Below the pieces are notes generated by a model that worked only from the letters and a program-made list of their open reading frames with translations, searched no databases and was not told the origin of the DNA. A stretch of 46,416 nucleotides of DNA from an uncultured Candidatus Saccharibacteria bacterium (GTDB lineage: Bacteria; Patescibacteriota; WWE3; UBA101185; UBA10185): assembly GCA_964590955.1 (NCBI GenBank), contig CAZPYT010000004.1, positions 1-46,416 on the forward strand. The letters are read 5' to 3'. Shown here in pieces: positions 35,422 through 44,322 of the stretch. Within the stretch, counting starts at the first letter, position 1, and each line of letters begins with the position of its first letter. The position numbers were made by a program, and so were the translations under genes.

Positions 35422-35611
35422 AGTAATTTCCTTTCTATTCAATGTGGATTTTGTAAGTATTATACGCGGTTTCACGCTATGGGTCAAGTCTGGCGTGCGG
35501 TAATATAAAAAAAGAGCCCCAGCCGGCTCTAAAAGCAATCACTTGCCCTTTTGACTATAGCATTATAGTACCCTCTTGCTGCAAGGTCAATGTTTTTGCT
35601 ATAAATTTCTC

Positions 35612-35842
35612 ATGACAAAAGAACTACCTACAAAAATTGATTTACTTCGAGAGGATCTCAAAAAGCTAATGTCGCAGCGTGAGAAAATTCAGATGGAAAA
35701 AGGCATGGCCGCAGAACACAATAAAGATCTGCGAGAAAATGCAGACTATGATTATTGGCTTGAACGTGAACAAACCATTACGGCTAGGATTAGACGTTTG
35801 ACTGCTGAGATTGAAACTTTGTATAAAAAGCTCAGTAAATAG
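35612..35842 (+). CDS. Stand-alone GreA/GreB N-terminal coiled-coil domain protein
   Basis: LREDLKKL...KDLRENADYDYWLEREQTITARIRRLTAEI aligns with E. coli GreA LREELDFL...[30 protein letters not shown]. The ORF ends where the C-terminal domain would begin. Confidence 0.65.
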   Translation: MTKELPTKIDLLREDLKKLMSQREKIQMEKGMAAEHNKDLRENADYDYWLEREQTITARIRRLTAEIETLYKKLSK

Positions 35843-35884
35843 TATTTCCCAAACCAAAAAACATATGCTATGATACGCAACGTT

Positions 35885-36196
35885 ATGGCAAATATTAAAT
35901 CTGCGAAGAAGGCAATCAGATCTTCCGCAAGAAAAAAACAATACAATTTAGCGTGGAAAAAGCAAATTAAAGCAGTTTCAAAAGCACTGCAGACCGGGCT
36001 GTCCGGTAAAAAAGCTGATGTAGAAGCTTTAACAAAGGATTTGACAAAGCTGCAAAAACTTTTGGATAAGGCCGCAAATAAAAAAGTAGTACACATAAAC
36101 AAGGCAAATAGACTAAAATCAAGATATGCCCTTAAAATTTCTGGAATCGCTACAAAAGCTGAAGGAAAAACTGCCAAGTCTTCCAGCAGAAAATAA
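35885..36196 (+). CDS. rpsT: 30S ribosomal protein S20
   Basis: The MANIKSAKKAIRSSARKK N-terminus is canonical for S20. Confidence 0.85.
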   Translation: MANIKSAKKAIRSSARKKQYNLAWKKQIKAVSKALQTGLSGKKADVEALTKDLTKLQKLLDKAANKKVVHINKANRLKSRYALKISGIATKAEGKTAKSSSRK

Positions 36197-36773
36197 AAGC
36201 GAGGAAGAAATTGCAGCAAATCTAAGCCCTAATCTTCTTAATCCCTTATCTTTAAAAGGAACGCTGGTTGATGCCAGTCCTAAAATTGTCCGCGTGACAA
36301 CAAACCTTGTGCATATTGTCGCCTTTCTATTTTTAGTGTTTTTTTCCATTAGTTATTTTCTAGATCGTCAGCTAAATACAATGGCTTTAACAAGGGACGA
36401 TCTTATTCTTAAAATTGATGCCAGTTCCGGTGTAATCCAGCAAGCACGTGAGGTTACTGAATTAATTGATATCTACAAAAACTCAACAGCTGCTTATCCA
36501 AAAACTTACCCTATACTCAGAAAAGTATTAGATACTTTTAATAAGTACTCTCTGATAAAAAACATTACTTATACACGCGACCAAAATTATTTTGATGTGT
36601 ATTCTAATAGTAATTCTGCACTTAACTATGCGTTATTAATAAATGATTTGTTAGAAGTTGAAGGAATTACAGAAGTCGTCATAGATTCCGTTAATTTAAA
36701 AGTCGCGCGTGAACGAAACTTTGAAGCCCGGTTGCAGGTAAAATTTGATTTACACAAGACACTATATGAATAA
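36126..36773 (+). CDS. PilN-like bitopic membrane protein (tentative)
   Basis: The cytoplasmic N-tail contains PNLLNP, compared with the PilM-binding INLLP motif of PilN. It has a single TM (IVAFLFLVFFSISYF) and a periplasmic alpha/beta part. ATG 36126 overlaps rpsT by 71 nt, so the start is uncertain. Confidence 0.45.
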   Translation: MPLKFLESLQKLKEKLPSLPAENKSEEEIAANLSPNLLNPLSLKGTLVDASPKIVRVTTNLVHIVAFLFLVFFSISYFLDRQLNTMALTRDDLILKIDASSGVIQQAREVTELIDIYKNSTAAYPKTYPILRKVLDTFNKYSLIKNITYTRDQNYFDVYSNSNSALNYALLINDLLEVEGITEVVIDSVNLKVARERNFEARLQVKFDLHKTLYE

Positions 36774-37326
36774 CGAAATTAATAAAACAATTACCGCATA
36801 TAAAAGGCGGCTCGAAGATAAACAAGTAAACAATGCAATTTACAGCATATTTTTAGTGATAACGATTTTTGTTTATGGTGGTTTTGGTTTGTACTCTTTC
36901 TATAAAACAATTAGGGTAAAATACACTACGTATACAGATCTAAAGCAGTTGAATACAAATCTCGAGAATAAATTGCAGAGTTTGTCGACAATTAGAAAAT
37001 CTTTGTCAGACGCTGATCCTTATGTTCAAGAACTACTTAAGACGGTTCCGCTAAAACCTGAAGTTGAAAAATACGTTGTAGATATTACATCAACATCTGC
37101 CGGAGCGGGATACAAAACTAATTCTCTTAATGTCCAGATGTCTGAAGATACTGTTACAGTTTTTATGATTAGAAATGAGGGCCCTTCGGCTACATTTGCC
37201 CAACTAATTGAGAATATTGAAAATTTAGAAAGGATGAGTGTTGTTACAAGATTTAATATGTCCATGGACGATTCTTTTGCTAGAAATAATATGGATGTAA
37301 CTGTATTTCAGTTGAAGGCAGAGTGA
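36766..37326 (+). CDS. PilO-like bitopic membrane protein (tentative)
   Basis: N-terminal TM, a coiled coil (LKQLNTNLENKLQSL), then a small alpha/beta domain. ATGAATAA overlap with the upstream gene. Confidence 0.45.
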   Translation: MNNEINKTITAYKRRLEDKQVNNAIYSIFLVITIFVYGGFGLYSFYKTIRVKYTTYTDLKQLNTNLENKLQSLSTIRKSLSDADPYVQELLKTVPLKPEVEKYVVDITSTSAGAGYKTNSLNVQMSEDTVTVFMIRNEGPSATFAQLIENIENLERMSVVTRFNMSMDDSFARNNMDVTVFQLKAE

Positions 37327-37514
37327 TGAATAAGCTTTTATATTTATTGTTAATTTTAATAATTGTTGGTATATTATGGATAGGCTCAAGATTTTGGGAA
37401 TTTTCGAGTGCTACTTATGTAAACGATACTTACGAGCAGAAAACAATCAATTATGTCGGGAAGATTGATCTTGAGTTGCTGAAGAAGGAGTTTCAACCTG
37501 CCAATGAATACTAG
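37326..37514 (+). CDS. Small single-TM protein, hypothetical
   Basis: The ATG overlaps the upstream TGA stop. TM segment LLYLLLILIIVGILWIG. Confidence 0.4.
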   Translation: MNKLLYLLLILIIVGILWIGSRFWEFSSATYVNDTYEQKTINYVGKIDLELLKKEFQPANEY

Positions 37515-38025
37515 TACACAGGCACAAAAAGGATTTAAAACATTTTTACTAACACTGATAATATCGTTGGCGGTATTTAGTGCGATATATTATGTTGTGA
37601 ATTCAAGTAGCTCTTCAGGTTCTGATTATTCTTCTTCTGAAACTGATTACACTTCCTCCACTTATGTAAAGACGGATTCTGCACAGGCAGGTACTCTTGG
37701 TGCCAGTGATTCTGCTGCCGATAACGTTAAGAAGCCAACTCCCAAATCACAGGAAACCAGCGTTTTCAAGGAATTGGCTTCAGCCGATATGCATGTTGCC
37801 CAGCGACAGGTTCTAGCCGGATCCGACGATACTTTGGATGTTTACGAAGAGGATGATGCTGCCGAAAGTACGGTTCCGGATACCGGTCTTGTAAGTCCAA
37901 CTTACGGTTTACTTTTTAGTCTTGTCGCGTTGAGTTTAGCTGCTTATGTTTTCTACATTGGCCCCAGAAGATCAGCACTTTCTGCTTTCGAAAAAGACAT
38001 TTTGGATGAGCTGGATAAATACTAA
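37504..38025 (+). CDS. Ser/Asp-rich surface protein with C-terminal sortase sorting signal (VPDTG + TM + RR)
   Basis: N-terminal signal anchor. VPDTG at 37873-37887 is followed by the hydrophobic LVSPTYGLLFSLVALSLAAYVFYI, then GPRRS. An unusual extra 17-aa tail follows. Confidence 0.6.
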   Translation: MNTSTQAQKGFKTFLLTLIISLAVFSAIYYVVNSSSSSGSDYSSSETDYTSSTYVKTDSAQAGTLGASDSAADNVKKPTPKSQETSVFKELASADMHVAQRQVLAGSDDTLDVYEEDDAAESTVPDTGLVSPTYGLLFSLVALSLAAYVFYIGPRRSALSAFEKDILDELDKY

Positions 38026-38802
38026 TTAGTTAGAAACAATCACTGCATTTACCAACAATCTTTTCATTTTTGTACCCGCAGGTGAACAAGTCATTAGCGT
38101 TATGGTAGATTCGTTTAGGTATTTTGGTTTAAATTCTGCCAGGGGGTCTACTTCTGTAGGTTTGACTTCGTGTTTGGACTCAACGACATATTTTAAATCT
38201 TTATTGTTGATATTAATTATTATTTCATCTCCGGGTTTAAGATTGTTTAAAGTTGAAAATATTGTTTTGTAATTTTTCGAATTAAAAAACCAAGGCAATA
38301 CTGAGTGGCCAAATATAAATGAATTTCCAATTTCTCCGGGGAGCTCTGTTTTTGGGTAATGCCCCAGCGCTTTGTCCGGATTTAATGATTTGGCATTTGT
38401 TTCTACCAGAGCATCCTTGATGCCTAGTTTTGGTATTGTAATTCTGAAGTAATCGGGGATATTAGCAGTTTTGTTTCCCAGCACGTTTGATTTATCTCGC
38501 GGCAGATACTCAGTTTCTAAAGACAAGTCATTTTTTGCACGACTACTGCCCTCAAGTTCGTTGAACTGAAAATTGTAAAAACCAGCAGTTCGTCCGAGGA
38601 TAGTGGCATTATCTATTACCTGAATATTTTCATCTTGGGTTTTAAAAACAAACAAAGGTAAAATCACTTGGGTTGCCATTACAAACAATCCGCTGAAAAC
38701 TAGAATAGAAGGGAGCACCCTCGATTTAATCACAAAATTTTTGCTCATTTCTTTATATATTGGATCAAAACCTGTGTCTTTCACGTAAACTTTTTTAGTC
38801 AT
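38026..38802 (-). CDS. Sortase (transpeptidase), membrane anchored
   Basis: FIFGHS (His), ITLMTCSP (TLxTC) and KRLLVNAV (Arg), with an N-terminal TM. ATGACTAA overlap with the holA-like gene. Confidence 0.75.
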   Translation of the reverse strand: MTKKVYVKDTGFDPIYKEMSKNFVIKSRVLPSILVFSGLFVMATQVILPLFVFKTQDENIQVIDNATILGRTAGFYNFQFNELEGSSRAKNDLSLETEYLPRDKSNVLGNKTANIPDYFRITIPKLGIKDALVETNAKSLNPDKALGHYPKTELPGEIGNSFIFGHSVLPWFFNSKNYKTIFSTLNNLKPGDEIIININNKDLKYVVESKHEVKPTEVDPLAEFKPKYLNESTITLMTCSPAGTKMKRLLVNAVIVSN

Positions 38803-39496
38803 TGCAGATTTTCTCAACCAAATAAGGAATTGCAAGATCCTTGTCAATTTTTCCGGTTTTAAGGTCCTTGTCTGTTTTGTAACACTCTTTGAAAATATTT
38901 AATATCTCGAATTTTGTAAAATTATTTGCTTGCCGCTCGGATTTATCACGGCCATATCCTTTTTTAACCTGAAATTCATTTGTATTGAATTTTGCATGGG
39001 TAACATTACGCAACCCGTATAAGATCATTGAAAATATATAAAACGGGTCATTGTCCTCGTCAATTAGAGTTTTGTATTCTTCGTATGCTTTAAATCTATT
39101 TTTATAAAAGACACTGTCTACAAAATCAAAAACATTAGATTTTGTTTCTTTTGTATTACTGATAACCTTTGCTTTGAATTTTGCTGCGGTCTTTATAAAA
39201 TCGTTGGAATTTCCCAACGTGCCTGAAGCTAGAATTATTAACGTGGCTGTATCAGGCGTTTTCTTAATAACCTCTGCGTAGGCATCAAACCCGGCAATTT
39301 TTGTACCCGGAACTTTTAAGACGACAAAGGGAGGATTTCCAAAAAGGTCAAACGATACTAGGTTTTCATATAGCTCTCGTGGTTCTATATCCTCAATATT
39401 TTTTTCAATTATGTGCTCGGATGCTGAGTTGTTCTTTTGGTTAATTATCAGTTTTCTTGATTTTGAATAATCTGTTCCATGTACTATGTAAATCAT
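38795..39496 (-). CDS. holA: DNA polymerase III delta subunit-like (short)
   Basis: MIYIVHGTDY...FDLFGNPPFVVLKV and VFDFVDSVFYKN...DPFYIFSMILYGLRNV resemble HolA N-terminal and middle motifs. Confidence 0.5.
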   Translation of the reverse strand: MIYIVHGTDYSKSRKLIINQKNNSASEHIIEKNIEDIEPRELYENLVSFDLFGNPPFVVLKVPGTKIAGFDAYAEVIKKTPDTATLIILASGTLGNSNDFIKTAAKFKAKVISNTKETKSNVFDFVDSVFYKNRFKAYEEYKTLIDEDNDPFYIFSMILYGLRNVTHAKFNTNEFQVKKGYGRDKSERQANNFTKFEILNIFKECYKTDKDLKTGKIDKDLAIPYLVEKICND

Positions 39497-39560
39497 ATTT
39501 CTATTATACTTTTTTCACTGAAAACTTTTCTAAAAATCAACTGGTAGTGCTAGCTTGTAC

Positions 39561-40631
39561 TTACTTGTTGGCAAACAAATATCTTTGAACATATGCATGC
39601 AGTTGAGAAAAGTTTCCGGCTTTTGGTACTAATACGTAGCGTCCGCCATATAATTCAGTGTCCACAGGATTGTATAATAATCCGCCCTCATCTGCAGCAC
39701 TTCGATCATCTAAGACAATAGATATTATTTTACTGAAATCAATTTGCTGAGATAAAAGGTAAAAACTCTGAATCGTTTCAAAATTAACATTTGTATCGAC
39801 ATCATTCGCATAAATGTCGTAAAGTTCTTTTAGTTTTGCGGGATTTACTATTGTTTGTAAAGATAACGCCTTAACTTTAATTGCTGCTATAACTTTTTGT
39901 TGTCTTTCCGCTCTGGCGAAATCTGTGTCTTCGCCGTTATTGCCTTTTCTTGATCGTGCGTATTTAAGTGCGGTTTCTCCATTCATAGTTTGCTTTCCTT
40001 CGGTGAATTCAATGGTTTCATAGCGCTCGTTTAGCGGCGCATTTTCTTTTCCTTCAATTGGGTAGAAATGATCAACGAAGGTGCTATCAACATTGATGTC
40101 TATTCCGCCAAGAGTATCGATGACCTTCTTAAATAAATCGAAGTTTACAATCGTATAATAATGTACCGGTACGCCCATAACATCTTTAACCACTTGTCTT
40201 ATGGCATCTCCTCCCGAAACATTGTCTGAGGTGTCAAATTCATTATTTATATACACCTCGTTAATTTTAGATTTTGCACCGCGTGGATCTTCTACCCACA
40301 GATCTCTTGGAAGCGAGATCATAACAACGTCATGATCAACACGCCCTATTGAGATAAACAACAATGTGTCGGTGAGGTAACCTGATTCTGCTGAGCTAAT
40401 AGACCTTTTATCACTGCCTAACAATAAGATGTTTGTTCTACCATCGGTTTCTTCCAGGTCTGCTGCAGAAACTGTGGCTACAATCGAAATCGGATCAAAC
40501 CAGTCTTTTTTACTAGCGATGACCATGCCGCCCCCGACCAATACGGAGCAGAAAATCAAAAAAAGTAGGATCTTTAGTGCAAACATTGATTTTGGCTTAT
40601 CTTGTTTTTTTATTTTTATATCTTTATACAT
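39561..40631 (-). CDS. LytR-CpsA-Psr (LCP) family cell-wall glycopolymer transferase
   Basis: NILLLGSDKR, DTLLFISI, ISLPRDLWV, with an N-terminal TM. ATGTATAA overlap with tpiA. Confidence 0.85.
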   Translation of the reverse strand: MYKDIKIKKQDKPKSMFALKILLFLIFCSVLVGGGMVIASKKDWFDPISIVATVSAADLEETDGRTNILLLGSDKRSISSAESGYLTDTLLFISIGRVDHDVVMISLPRDLWVEDPRGAKSKINEVYINNEFDTSDNVSGGDAIRQVVKDVMGVPVHYYTIVNFDLFKKVIDTLGGIDINVDSTFVDHFYPIEGKENAPLNERYETIEFTEGKQTMNGETALKYARSRKGNNGEDTDFARAERQQKVIAAIKVKALSLQTIVNPAKLKELYDIYANDVDTNVNFETIQSFYLLSQQIDFSKIISIVLDDRSAADEGGLLYNPVDTELYGGRYVLVPKAGNFSQLHAYVQRYLFANK

Positions 40632-41265
40632 GTTCAAATGCTTCAATAATCTCTTTAAAATGCTGTGGATCCAGACTTGCATGCCCGGGTAAAACCCCGG
40701 CTAAATTCGGCAAAGTAACTAAATTGCCAATATTATTTCTATTAACTGATCCTCCGTAGATAATATCCACCTCCGGAAGAATTTTTGCAAATTCGTTGTA
40801 AGTGGATTTGATGCTGTCAAAGCTTTGATCTACAAAAACGCCGTTTTTTGAAATATTTTTTGGGTCTTCCCATGCTGTAAGAGCGCCCTCTTTGTAGCTG
40901 TCTAATAGCTGTTCTGTGTTGACAAAACACACTATGGGGGTTACTCCTTGTTCCAGGCACATATCTCTTTTTTTATATACAATTTCTCTTGGCTCATTTC
41001 TCTCACTGTGTCCTACAATACAAAACTTACAATATTCTTTAATTTGAAATGCTCCCAATTCCCCTGTATGCGCACCTTTATCCAGCAAAGATACATCCTG
41101 TGCAGCCAGTTCTACGCCGTCCAATATTATTTGAGGAATATGTATTGCTGAAGGTGCCACAATTACTTGCAATTCCATAATCGGATTAAATGAAAAGTTA
41201 TTTATCCACTCTTCCATATCTTTTTTCTGCATATTCATTTTCCAATTTCCAATTACGTATTTCAT
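40624..41265 (-). CDS. tpiA: Triosephosphate isomerase (short form)
   Basis: IGNWKMN, GAHTGE, IVGHSERN. Confidence 0.85.
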   Translation of the reverse strand: MKYVIGNWKMNMQKKDMEEWINNFSFNPIMELQVIVAPSAIHIPQIILDGVELAAQDVSLLDKGAHTGELGAFQIKEYCKFCIVGHSERNEPREIVYKKRDMCLEQGVTPIVCFVNTEQLLDSYKEGALTAWEDPKNISKNGVFVDQSFDSIKSTYNEFAKILPEVDIIYGGSVNRNNIGNLVTLPNLAGVLPGHASLDPQHFKEIIEAFEHV

Positions 41266-41274
41266 ATAATAATT

Positions 41275-42111
41275 CTATTTTACTAAAAGATTTTTAACTA
41301 ATTCAGGCACAATTTCAATATCTTCGTGAGTATAATCATAACCCAGGCAATTCAAACATGAAAATACAGTTCCTATGTCCGTATAGATATTTTCAGCATA
41401 AGCACAGGCAACTAAGCTGTGCAGCAGAACATTTCCGCCCACCTCACCTTTATTTGATTTTGCACATCCCATTGGGCATCCTGAGCATGAAGGAAAAAAA
41501 GCATTTTCTACGCTAAGCTTAGACGTTTTTTTCAGGAGATTTGTATAGACTTCTTCATATTTTTCCATATTTGGAATTTGAATAGTTTCTGTACCGGTAA
41601 TTGTAATAGACTCAAAGTTTTTTAAAGAAAGTTTCTTTGCAATATTTTTATCCTCAGTACTAAAATAATAGTCTACTACTAAGCTGTTATTAATTACCGC
41701 AAGCGTCGATCTTTTTCCAGGAAGTCCGTATTTTCTCATACTATCTTTCTCTCTATAAATGTTAGCTTCATGATTTTTAATGTCTAAACTCAATGGCGTT
41801 TTTGACTTTTTTAGCAAAACTATTGCATCAATATCTGCAAAACGCATTCTTGAAGATAAATGTCCTCCGACATAAGCGTCATAAATTTTTCCTTCATGTT
41901 CAAAGACAATTGCGGTTTTAGCCGCAAAAGGAAATATTCCGTTTAGTGGCCCCGTGGCCAGTATTATGGGGTCGTATTCTTTATATTGCGTGTAAACTTT
42001 TGAGGCTAAGGCAAGGCCGCCGATATATTTTTTAAAATCCGGAAATGCTTTCACATCAGAAGTCTTTCTTTCCAAATCAACAAAAAGTATTTTCTTACTC
42101 AATAAGTCCAT
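41275..42111 (-). CDS. Truncated aldehyde:ferredoxin oxidoreductase (AOR)-family homolog: N-domain plus the CxxCPxxC cluster motif only
   Basis: Segments align with P. furiosus AOR (AOR sequence recalled from memory): ILFVDL / FIRVNL; IILATGPLNG / LIIAAGPLTG; FADIDAIVL / FAGYDAIVV; CSGCPMGC / CYACPIGC; CLNCLGYDYT / MCDELGLDTI. Strong GGAGG Shine-Dalgarno sequence before ATG 42111. Only 278 aa, versus about 600 aa for AOR enzymes. Confidence 0.65.
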   Translation of the reverse strand: MDLLSKKILFVDLERKTSDVKAFPDFKKYIGGLALASKVYTQYKEYDPIILATGPLNGIFPFAAKTAIVFEHEGKIYDAYVGGHLSSRMRFADIDAIVLLKKSKTPLSLDIKNHEANIYREKDSMRKYGLPGKRSTLAVINNSLVVDYYFSTEDKNIAKKLSLKNFESITITGTETIQIPNMEKYEEVYTNLLKKTSKLSVENAFFPSCSGCPMGCAKSNKGEVGGNVLLHSLVACAYAENIYTDIGTVFSCLNCLGYDYTHEDIEIVPELVKNLLVK

Positions 42112-42364
42112 TTTGTTCCTCCTCAATTATTTCAAATACAAATGTCGGACAAATGCTTCTAATTTTATTTATATCCAATTTATGAATTCGTGGATCCAAA
42201 TCAATCGAAAACTTTAAAAAGTTACTTTCAGGTTTTTTATCTTTGAATATCCTGATTAATGAACCTTCCAAACCTATTTTTCCTAATTGCCTTTGCGCTT
42301 CATAAACACAGAGCTCGCATCCTGTGCACTTTTGAGGAAAAGCAATTTTCAAATACTTAGCCAT
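42095..42364 (-). CDS. Small single-[4Fe-4S]-type ferredoxin-like protein
   Basis: CTGCELC (CxxCxxC) plus a distal CP (SICPTF). 17-nt overlap with the AOR-like gene. Confidence 0.5.
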   Translation of the reverse strand: MAKYLKIAFPQKCTGCELCVYEAQRQLGKIGLEGSLIRIFKDKKPESNFLKFSIDLDPRIHKLDINKIRSICPTFVFEIIEEEQNGLIE

Positions 42365-42411
42365 AAGTGAAGGTATTTTATCATGCAGCCCGTTTTATTG
42401 TCTCAGGTCTG

Positions 42412-43419
42412 TTATTGTAGCTGTGCAACAGACATTGCCAATTCGACCAGACTGTGACTGTAGCCCCATTCGTTATCGTACCAGGCAAGAATTCTAACCA
42501 GATCTCCGTCTACGACAGATGTTAACGATAAATCAACTATTGATGAATATTCTGTTTGAATAATATCCGTAGATACCAGCGGATCGTTTGTAACTGCAAA
42601 CGTGGTTTTATATTTAGGATCATTTGCGGCATCTGTAAATATCTTGTTTATTTCTTCGGCGGTTGTGCTGCGGCCTACCAAGGCGGTAATTATTGACAGT
42701 GAACCGACCGGTACAGGAACTCTAACTGAAACGCCGTCAAATTTTCCTTCCAATTCGGGGATTGCTTTGGTTGTAGCAATCGCCGCTCCTGTGGTTGTGG
42801 GCACCAAATTAAGTGGCGCGGCACGTCCTTCTCTAAGGTCTTTATGCGGACTGTCCACTAATTTTTGTGAAGCGGTCATGGCATGCACTGTGGTCAAACT
42901 CGCTTTTTTAATTTGCATCGCATTATGAAGTATTGCAATTGGTGCGGAAATGCTGTGAGTAGTACAGGATGCGTTTGATATGACATTTTGTCCATTATAT
43001 TGGTCTGCGTTAATTCCTCTAAGAAAAGTTTTGACATCACCCTCTCCCTTAGCAGGAGCCGATATTATTACTTTTCTTGCTCCGGCATCTATGTGTACTT
43101 TAGCAGTTCCGTCTTTTACAAAAATGCCTGTACATTCTAAAACTACATCTACATTTAAATCTTTCCACGGAAGTTTAGTAGCATCTTTTTCGCTTAAAAA
43201 TTTAATTTCTTTTCCTTCTATAACCAGATTGCCGTTCATTTCAGAAATAGCTTTATTATATCTGCCATAGACGGAATCATATTTTAATAAATTTATTAGC
43301 GTTTTAAGATCGGTTAAATCGTTTATTGCGACTACTTCTGCACCTTCTGTTTTCTGTAAAATTTTGAATGATGCCCTGCCGATTCTTCCGAATCCGTTTA
43401 TTGCAATTCTTACTGACAT
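42412..43419 (-). CDS. gap: Glyceraldehyde-3-phosphate dehydrogenase (phosphorylating type)
   Basis: INGFGRIGR Rossmann motif and the catalytic SNASCTT. Confidence 0.92.
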   Translation of the reverse strand: MSVRIAINGFGRIGRASFKILQKTEGAEVVAINDLTDLKTLINLLKYDSVYGRYNKAISEMNGNLVIEGKEIKFLSEKDATKLPWKDLNVDVVLECTGIFVKDGTAKVHIDAGARKVIISAPAKGEGDVKTFLRGINADQYNGQNVISNASCTTHSISAPIAILHNAMQIKKASLTTVHAMTASQKLVDSPHKDLREGRAAPLNLVPTTTGAAIATTKAIPELEGKFDGVSVRVPVPVGSLSIITALVGRSTTAEEINKIFTDAANDPKYKTTFAVTNDPLVSTDIIQTEYSSIVDLSLTSVVDGDLVRILAWYDNEWGYSHSLVELAMSVAQLQ

Positions 43420-43520
43420 ATTTGTACTCTTTCTTTAATAATTATTTACAAATGTATGCGCGTAATATCCGCGCCTTGCTTTTAGAATAGCATTCGTACT
43501 GGGGTCTGTAAAAGAAGGTA

Positions 43521-43787
43521 TTATGCCAGATTTGAATTAAGCCAATTTACAAGAGTTTCTTTTGCCATTGCTCCGGACTTTCTAGATATTTCAGTATCTC
43601 CATCCATTATAACAAAAGTAGGAATTCCCATTATGCCGAACTTTGCAGCGGTGGCGCCTTCTTGTTCAACATCTATTTTCTTAAATTCAATTTTTCCGGC
43701 GTATTCTTTTTTTACTTCTTCGAAAATAGGTTCCATCCTTTTACATGGACCGCACCAATCTGCATAAAAATCAATAAATGTTTTCAT
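43521..43787 (-). CDS. trxA: Thioredoxin (short)
   Basis: WCGPC active site. Confidence 0.85.
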   Translation of the reverse strand: MKTFIDFYADWCGPCKRMEPIFEEVKKEYAGKIEFKKIDVEQEGATAAKFGIMGIPTFVIMDGDTEISRKSGAMAKETLVNWLNSNLA

Positions 43788-43909
43788 AATTTTTAAAAAT
43801 TTTAACTAAATACAGAGACTATCTTACCACATGATTACGAACACTCCACAAGTGTTTTTCATATGCTCTTATCCATTTGCTTGTGGCGGCTTACTTTTCA
43901 AAAAAGATT

Positions 43910-44245
43910 CTATTTTGCCAGCATATTAAGAAATGAGTTCACAAATGACATAGCAATTCCAAACAACAATGCCGCCAGAAAAGATTCAATCTCAAAACCC
44001 TGAATAATATATGCCGCCAAAGCAATTAATCCCACATTAATCACCAAAGTAAATAATCCTAAGGTGATAATTGTGATTGGAATTGTGAGAATCAGCAGTA
44101 CCGGTTTTACAAAAACATTCAATATGCCTAAGACCACTGCAACAATGATTGAAGTAGTGAACGATTCTACATGAACACCGGGTACAATATATGCTGTCAC
44201 AAAAACCGAAATAGAACTTATCAATAGACGAAGTATAAAACTCAT
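43910..44245 (-). CDS. Four-TM membrane protein of the holin superfamily IV / YvlD (DUF360)-like type
   Basis: 111 aa. VPGVHVESF...NVFVKPVLLILTIPITIITLGLF pattern. Confidence 0.6.
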   Translation of the reverse strand: MSFILRLLISSISVFVTAYIVPGVHVESFTTSIIVAVVLGILNVFVKPVLLILTIPITIITLGLFTLVINVGLIALAAYIIQGFEIESFLAALLFGIAMSFVNSFLNMLAK

Positions 44246-44322
44246 AACCTGATATTATTGGTTGTCCTTACCGGTGTCAAATACGAGTGGTAAACACCAG
44301 TGACTGTTGTTATACTTAAATT

